Part shown: in pieces, positions 59,350 to 64,000 of the stretch | Numbering within the stretch: position 1 is the stretch's first letter | How the letters are laid out: each line of letters starts with the position of its first letter | Assembly: GCA_963714085.1 (NCBI GenBank) | Contig: OY970229.1 | Coordinates: forward strand, 1,216,001 to 1,280,000 | DNA from: an uncultured Candidatus Micrarchaeota archaeon | Lineage (GTDB): Archaea; Micrarchaeota; Micrarchaeia; Anstonellales; Bilamarchaeaceae | Direction of reading: 5' to 3' | Length of the DNA: 64,000 nt | Position numbers and translations under genes: made by a program | Notes under the pieces: generated by a model | What the model was told of the DNA's origin: nothing | The model's input: only the letters and a program-made list of their open reading frames with translations | Database searches by the model: none

Positions 59350-60708
59350 TCATATCTCAATCGTCTCCCCTTTCTTCGGTTTCACTATCTCGGAAGCAGC
59401 ATTGTCGAAGTCATCGGCATCATTCGTGTGCACCGGGATCGTGGTCCCCGCGTTCAGCTGTTTTATGAAAGACAGGATATCTCTCCTGCTCGCATGGCCC
59501 GAAGAATGGACCGGATGGAACCGGATATCGAAATGCTTCATCCAGTTCTCCCAGACCGTCCTCTGGGCTTTGTTGTCGTCCCCTTCATAGAAATGCTCCG
59601 ACATGGAATAGATGAAATCCGCGTTCTTCGGCTGGATGTAGACCAGCTCCATGAGCCGGTAGAACCCGAGGTGCATGACATACTTCTTCTGGTTCTTCGA
59701 GACATCCTCGGAAGTCACCCTCTTGGCTATATACGCCCTTTCCCAAGGGGAGTAATCCTTCTCGCAGTAGGTGCACGATTTCGATATCCTGAAATACACC
59801 GCGATATTCTTGTCCGTCTTGACGTCCGGCAGGACTTTGATCTTGTCCTTCATGCTGTCGAGTATCAGGGCGATTCTCGTGTCGATGACAAGGACCCGGC
59901 CATTCCGCTTTGCCGCCCTGTAGAAGCACATGAACCGGTCCAGGTTGGACATGGAGAAATACGTCAGGACGAGGCCTTTGGAGGCCTTGATTATCTCCGA
60001 TGCCTTCTTCTCGACCTCCGCTTCCGTGAAATTGTGCTCCTGTTCGTGGCCCATCCTCGTTCCTTCGCAAATGAGCACCTTGGGCTTAGCGGCCGCTGCT
60101 TTCTTGGCGAATTCTTCGCTCATGTCGGCTCTCGGCCCGTGTAGGCGGAAATCCCCCGTGTAAACCACCGGGCCTTTGGATGTGTGAATGATGAACCCGT
60201 ATGCGCCAGGTATCGAATGGTCGACATGGATCGGCTGTACCGTGATATGGCCTATCTTCAGCTTATCCCCCGAGCTGAATAGGTGGAGATTCTTGTGCTC
60301 ACCTATGTTCGAGAAGCTGGGAAAGAGCTTATGGTATACCTCAGTTATCCGGTGAGCTCCGTGGCCCATATAGACCGGGATTTCATCGTCCAGAAATTCC
60401 ATGTGCCCGATATGGTCGGCATGGGGGTGGCTTATCAGGACGGCGTCGACATCCGGCTTCTGGTATTTCAGTTCCGTCAATTTCAGCAGATTCTCGCCAT
60501 AAAGGCCCTTGATTTTCGGAAGCATATCGAACTCGAAATAGACCTCGAGGCCGTTGGCCGTCCTCGGGGCGAGGTATTCATAGAAGAAATCCTCCCCGAA
60601 AGTGAAGCTCTGGCCGAAATCCAGGTATAGCTTTACGCCCTTGTCTTCGAGCAGTATCTTGTTGCCGCCTATCTCGTTCGCGCCGCCGTAGGGGGTTATG
60701 GAGACCAT
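59350..60708 (-). CDS. Metallo-beta-lactamase/beta-CASP hydrolase, RNase J-like
   Basis: GGANEIGGN, HPHADHIG, VDHSIPGA, YTGDFRLHG, CEGT, HSSGHA, IPVHT. Confidence 0.88.
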   Translation of the reverse strand: MVSITPYGGANEIGGNKILLEDKGVKLYLDFGQSFTFGEDFFYEYLAPRTANGLEVYFEFDMLPKIKGLYGENLLKLTELKYQKPDVDAVLISHPHADHIGHMEFLDDEIPVYMGHGAHRITEVYHKLFPSFSNIGEHKNLHLFSSGDKLKIGHITVQPIHVDHSIPGAYGFIIHTSKGPVVYTGDFRLHGPRADMSEEFAKKAAAAKPKVLICEGTRMGHEQEHNFTEAEVEKKASEIIKASKGLVLTYFSMSNLDRFMCFYRAAKRNGRVLVIDTRIALILDSMKDKIKVLPDVKTDKNIAVYFRISKSCTYCEKDYSPWERAYIAKRVTSEDVSKNQKKYVMHLGFYRLMELVYIQPKNADFIYSMSEHFYEGDDNKAQRTVWENWMKHFDIRFHPVHSSGHASRRDILSFIKQLNAGTTIPVHTNDADDFDNAASEIVKPKKGETIEI

Positions 60709-60712
60709 AAAC

Positions 60713-61648
60713 TCAGCTCGTTTTTTCGATTATCCAGTCAACCAATCCATATTTGATTACCATCTCGGATACGCCACGAACTCCTAAAATGAAGCGCCGT
60801 TTGTCGGATTTCATTTTCTCGGCGTATTCTTCTAGGTCTTTTTTTGGTGTGTGAACGACAAAAAAGAATCTGTCGTAACCAGTATTCTCAAAATTTTGAG
60901 CGTATTCCTCAAATTCTTTCAGACCAGATTCTGATTTGACTTGGACGCAATAATATTCATCTGTTATTGGAGATTGATAAAGGATATCGATAAACTTTTG
61001 CGTCTTACCTGTAAGGGTAATTTTTTGAAGGCCGGCACGTGAAAAAATCAGTTCAACTAAAATCTCGAAGTCATAGGGAGTCAATAGTCGTATCAATCCT
61101 TGGAGTTTTTCCTGAAGATTTATTTTTGCCTCGTTCGCATCTTTGACATCTTCCGGTATTTCGGCATTTATTCTTTTGACCAAATATTCGAATTCAATAA
61201 CAGAGCATATAGTTCCACGATATGCTTGGGTACGTGTTAACTTTCCGCTTAGTTTGTTTATATACAGCGGTTGTCCATTTATATCCTCTGAACTCCATGA
61301 ACCGACAACTTGGCGAATCTTGGTACCGCCCGGCTCTTGGGATACTCCAGATTTTGAAAAACACCACCATAATTTTTCATCAAAAAATGTTATCCACAAA
61401 ACAGTTTCATCTGCCTCGTAAAACCATTGCAACTCATTAACATCTCTCGTGGCTGCTCCGCCGGGTTTTACCCACCCCTCTTTTATTTCCATGGCTTTAA
61501 TGGCTTGCCAATCCCTCTTAACACATAATTCATGCGGGATACCTGACCAACCAACACGAAGTGTACCGGTTCGTTTGCATTCCTCTTCCCACTTGCCACC
61601 TTTTCCTAGTTTTATGTAATACGCTTTACTTGGCTTGATTTTTTCCAT
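60713..61648 (-). CDS. Mrr-like (type IV) restriction endonuclease
   Basis: C-terminal FE.LV..IF...G, IDI, VQVKS (Mrr_cat pattern); distinct N-domain YIKLG.GG.WE..C. Confidence 0.75.
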   Translation of the reverse strand: MEKIKPSKAYYIKLGKGGKWEEECKRTGTLRVGWSGIPHELCVKRDWQAIKAMEIKEGWVKPGGAATRDVNELQWFYEADETVLWITFFDEKLWWCFSKSGVSQEPGGTKIRQVVGSWSSEDINGQPLYINKLSGKLTRTQAYRGTICSVIEFEYLVKRINAEIPEDVKDANEAKINLQEKLQGLIRLLTPYDFEILVELIFSRAGLQKITLTGKTQKFIDILYQSPITDEYYCVQVKSESGLKEFEEYAQNFENTGYDRFFFVVHTPKKDLEEYAEKMKSDKRRFILGVRGVSEMVIKYGLVDWIIEKTS

Positions 61649-61686
61649 TCAAATCGCCTTCAGCAAATCCTCAAACTTCTTTTGCT

Positions 61687-62358
61687 TCACTTATAGTTTA
61701 TCTCGAATCCGATCATGTCTATTATCTTGGCTTTAGTATAACTTCGTTCAGTTGGCTTCCCATCTGCAATGCCGATGGTTTTTATCTCGCTAGAATACTT
61801 ATCAATTAATTCTTGATGATTGGTGTAAAAATCACGTATCTCTTTCAATCCCTTTTCGCTCAGCGGGTGGTGTAAGCTTTGGCTAAAGTAGGTGTCAAAA
61901 GCCGGGGTATCTCCAAAAACAGCCAAGGTTATCTTTGTAGTGAGAATATCCGTAGGAGTGAATGGAAATGCACTTTTTAGCTTTTTATCGAATTCCAGTA
62001 TCTCCCGAATTGAGTCGTCCGTATACCGGTCTACGTCCAACTTCCACAGGTTTTTTTCTGAGGCGATTAACCGAATCACTTTCTCGTAAACCAATACACT
62101 TTTTTCGAATAATGGGCTAGATGCCCTTAGCATCCCCCAGGTTGCCAGGTAATACCCAAGATAATGGCAGGAAACGTAGAGCTGCTTGCCTGAAGCCATC
62201 TCGCTGAGTTTGCCGTTTTCGTAAAACTCCCTGAAATAGTTAAAACAGTAGTCATACGAGGCATTGCTATGTTCTGGGTTCCTGTTTTCACTGTCTTTAT
62301 TGAAATCTTCTATGGCTTTTTTTATATCACCATTCGATAAATCGCATAGTTTGACCAT
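61687..62358 (-). CDS. Hypothetical protein (defence-island type)
   Basis: SYDYCFNYF, YLATWGMLR, TKI...FG.TPAFD.YF; low GC. Confidence 0.65.
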   Translation of the reverse strand: MVKLCDLSNGDIKKAIEDFNKDSENRNPEHSNASYDYCFNYFREFYENGKLSEMASGKQLYVSCHYLGYYLATWGMLRASSPLFEKSVLVYEKVIRLIASEKNLWKLDVDRYTDDSIREILEFDKKLKSAFPFTPTDILTTKITLAVFGDTPAFDTYFSQSLHHPLSEKGLKEIRDFYTNHQELIDKYSSEIKTIGIADGKPTERSYTKAKIIDMIGFEINYK

Positions 62359-62408
62359 CCCATCACCTCAAATTTATTTATCATGCATATTTTACAAACA
62401 TTTGCTTA

Positions 62409-63539
62409 TTATTTTTCAAATTCCTTCACCTGCTCGAACATGGGCGCGAACCGCTCGCGGGCCTCCGGCGTCGCCATGACGTTCTTGGCCTGGGCGAACC
62501 ATTCGGCGGTCGTCGGCTTCACCGCAGCCTTCGCCCTGGAAAGCATCTCCTGGCTGACGAGGACCGGCCTGCACCCTTGCGCCGCTTTCACGAAGGCCGT
62601 ATTCGCGGCCTGCTTCACCAGCTGCTTCAGGTCAGCGCACGAATACCACTTGGTCATTTTCGAGATATTCTCCAGATCCGCGTCATCGGCCAGAGGTATG
62701 CTTTTGCAGTAGCCCTCCAGGAGCGCGAGCCTCTGGGGCTCATCCGGGCACGGCACGTAGTAAAGGGCGCCGAAACGGCCGTTCCGCATGAGCATGGGCT
62801 CTATCAGCCATGGGGAGTTGGTGCAGCCCACCACGATGAGGTCCTTGTTGCTCTCCGCGCCATCGAGCTGGGTCATGAGCGTGTTCGAGAATACGCGCGC
62901 TTCCATGCCCCCCTCGTTCCTCTTGAAGCCCAATACCTCGACTTCGTCCAGGAAGATGAGCGAGTTCTTGAGTTTCCGGCCTATGGTGAAATAGTCTTTC
63001 AGCACATTCGCATTGGATCTTACGACATCCCGAATCTGCACGGCGATGAAATATTTCCCCATCTCTCCGGCCAGCGCCCGCGAGAATGAGGTCTTTCCGC
63101 AGCCCGGGGGGCCATAGAGCAGCGGGTACTCGACGCTTTCGTGGAGCCCGTAGCTGGATGCGAGGCCGGCGTTCCGCATCGGCATGACAAGGCTATCATG
63201 CAACCGCTTCTTCAAATCGCCATATCCGCTGATTTTCTCGAAACTGTACTTTTCCTGATTGAGGAACTCGTGCACGATGCAAGCGGCCATGCAGTACTGG
63301 CCGTTCGATGCGCTCCGAAAGCCCTCAAGGCGTTTCGCGAACTCCCCCTCACCGATCCGATTCAGCCACTTTTCCACTATCCCATTGCTCCTGAAATTCG
63401 CGAGATACCTTTGTAGGATATAATCGTCGCCCAATTCCAGCATATTCAGCAGATCCTCGCGCGAATGCAAATCAACGCCTGGGATCTCGTCCATCTTATG
63501 CGACAAACGCAGAATCGCCTCATTGTTCTCTATTTCCAT
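62409..63539 (-). CDS. AAA+ ATPase (single CDC48/SpoVK-like module)
   Basis: LLYGPPGCGKT, IFLDEVE, CTN.P, R.GRF (second region of homology). Confidence 0.88.
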   Translation of the reverse strand: MEIENNEAILRLSHKMDEIPGVDLHSREDLLNMLELGDDYILQRYLANFRSNGIVEKWLNRIGEGEFAKRLEGFRSASNGQYCMAACIVHEFLNQEKYSFEKISGYGDLKKRLHDSLVMPMRNAGLASSYGLHESVEYPLLYGPPGCGKTSFSRALAGEMGKYFIAVQIRDVVRSNANVLKDYFTIGRKLKNSLIFLDEVEVLGFKRNEGGMEARVFSNTLMTQLDGAESNKDLIVVGCTNSPWLIEPMLMRNGRFGALYYVPCPDEPQRLALLEGYCKSIPLADDADLENISKMTKWYSCADLKQLVKQAANTAFVKAAQGCRPVLVSQEMLSRAKAAVKPTTAEWFAQAKNVMATPEARERFAPMFEQVKEFEK

Positions 63540-63552
63540 AAAATCACCATAC

Positions 63553-63573
63553 TGTATAGCTATTTTCTATACA
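63553..63573. promoter_or_regulatory. Inverted repeat TGTATAG-N7-CTATACA in the divergent promoter (putative operator)
   Basis: Perfect 7-bp arms between the AAA start (63539) and the CARF start (63611), next to a tttataag TATA-like box. Confidence 0.55.
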
Positions 63574-63610
63574 CAACTATTTATAAGCTTGACGGACAAA
63601 AACAGATATT

Positions 63611-64000
63611 ATGAGCGGCACGACGCTGATTTGCACATTCTACTCGTTCGAGCCCATCGTGGCCTCGGCGACGCAGTATTCGCCCAAGAGGATAATCCTG
63701 CTGGTGGCATCCGACTCGCTCAAAAAGCAGGAGGTCCGGGAGAACATCGAGCGGGCGAGGTCCACCTACAAGAACGTGGTTCCTGTCTCGATTGCGGAAA
63801 CCGGTGACTCGGACCTGCTCAAGATAGCCGGGGACGCCGCGAAGCTCATAGAGGCCGAGAGCAAGGCCGGGAACAGCGTCGTGGTGAATGTTTCCGGGGG
63901 CTGGAAGCTGCTCGCCCAGGGCACGCTTTACGGCTGCTACGCTCGGAGCGCAATGGTGGACAGGATAATCTGCAACGACCTCTCCGTGGAGGGGAGGATA
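63611..64000 (+). CDS. CARF-domain (Csa3-like) protein, truncated by the window end
   Basis: Manual translation MSGTTLICTFYSFEPIVASATQYSPKRIILLV...VVVNVSGGWKLLAQG; Rossmann beta1 strand and N.SGG.K CARF motif. Not in the ORF track. Confidence 0.75.
   Translation, partial: MSGTTLICTFYSFEPIVASATQYSPKRIILLVASDSLKKQEVRENIERARSTYKNVVPVSIAETGDSDLLKIAGDAAKLIEAESKAGNSVVVNVSGGWKLLAQGTLYGCYARSAMVDRIICNDLSVEGRI

Overview
Archaeal chromosomal segment. Gene content suggests a DPANN lineage, probably Micrarchaeota-like, but this is inference. The first ~40.7 kb is GC-rich core or semi-core genome: a partial class-IV aminotransferase, a cupin, two glycine/sarcosine N-methyltransferase-like paralogs flanking a tandem Lrp/AsnC regulator, DUF2797, VIT1/CCC1, two orphan paralogs with a duplicated tyw3 3' end, tyw3, guaAA, the RNA polymerase operon (rpo5-rpo2N-rpo2C-rpo1N-rpo1C-rpl30e-nusA), BofA-like pair, Zot-like ATPase, mntP, surE, aspS, HARP (RNA-free RNase P) with an Rnl3 RNA ligase, flavodoxin, ABC exporter with COG1361 protein, and DsbB. 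The most striking feature is an apparently translationally coupled array of six paralogous polytopic membrane proteins (24826-32396) with pilin-like N-terminal hairpins and a CedA/VirB6-like core, a candidate undescribed contact or DNA-transfer conduit. From ~42.6 kb to the end is a lower-GC, mosaic defence island: RHH + m4C MTase facing a nuclease-less GHKL ATPase and a small partner; Dcm + GHKL-REase + Vsr; a DUF1643-GGCT fusion; AIPR; a type IIG R-M enzyme; a hairpin-led three-gene mobile-type operon; and a CARF regulator divergent from an AAA/Mrr/RNase-J-like/nuclease series. No tRNA, rRNA, CRISPR array or integrase was recognised. All family calls come from motif recognition by eye, not from database searches.
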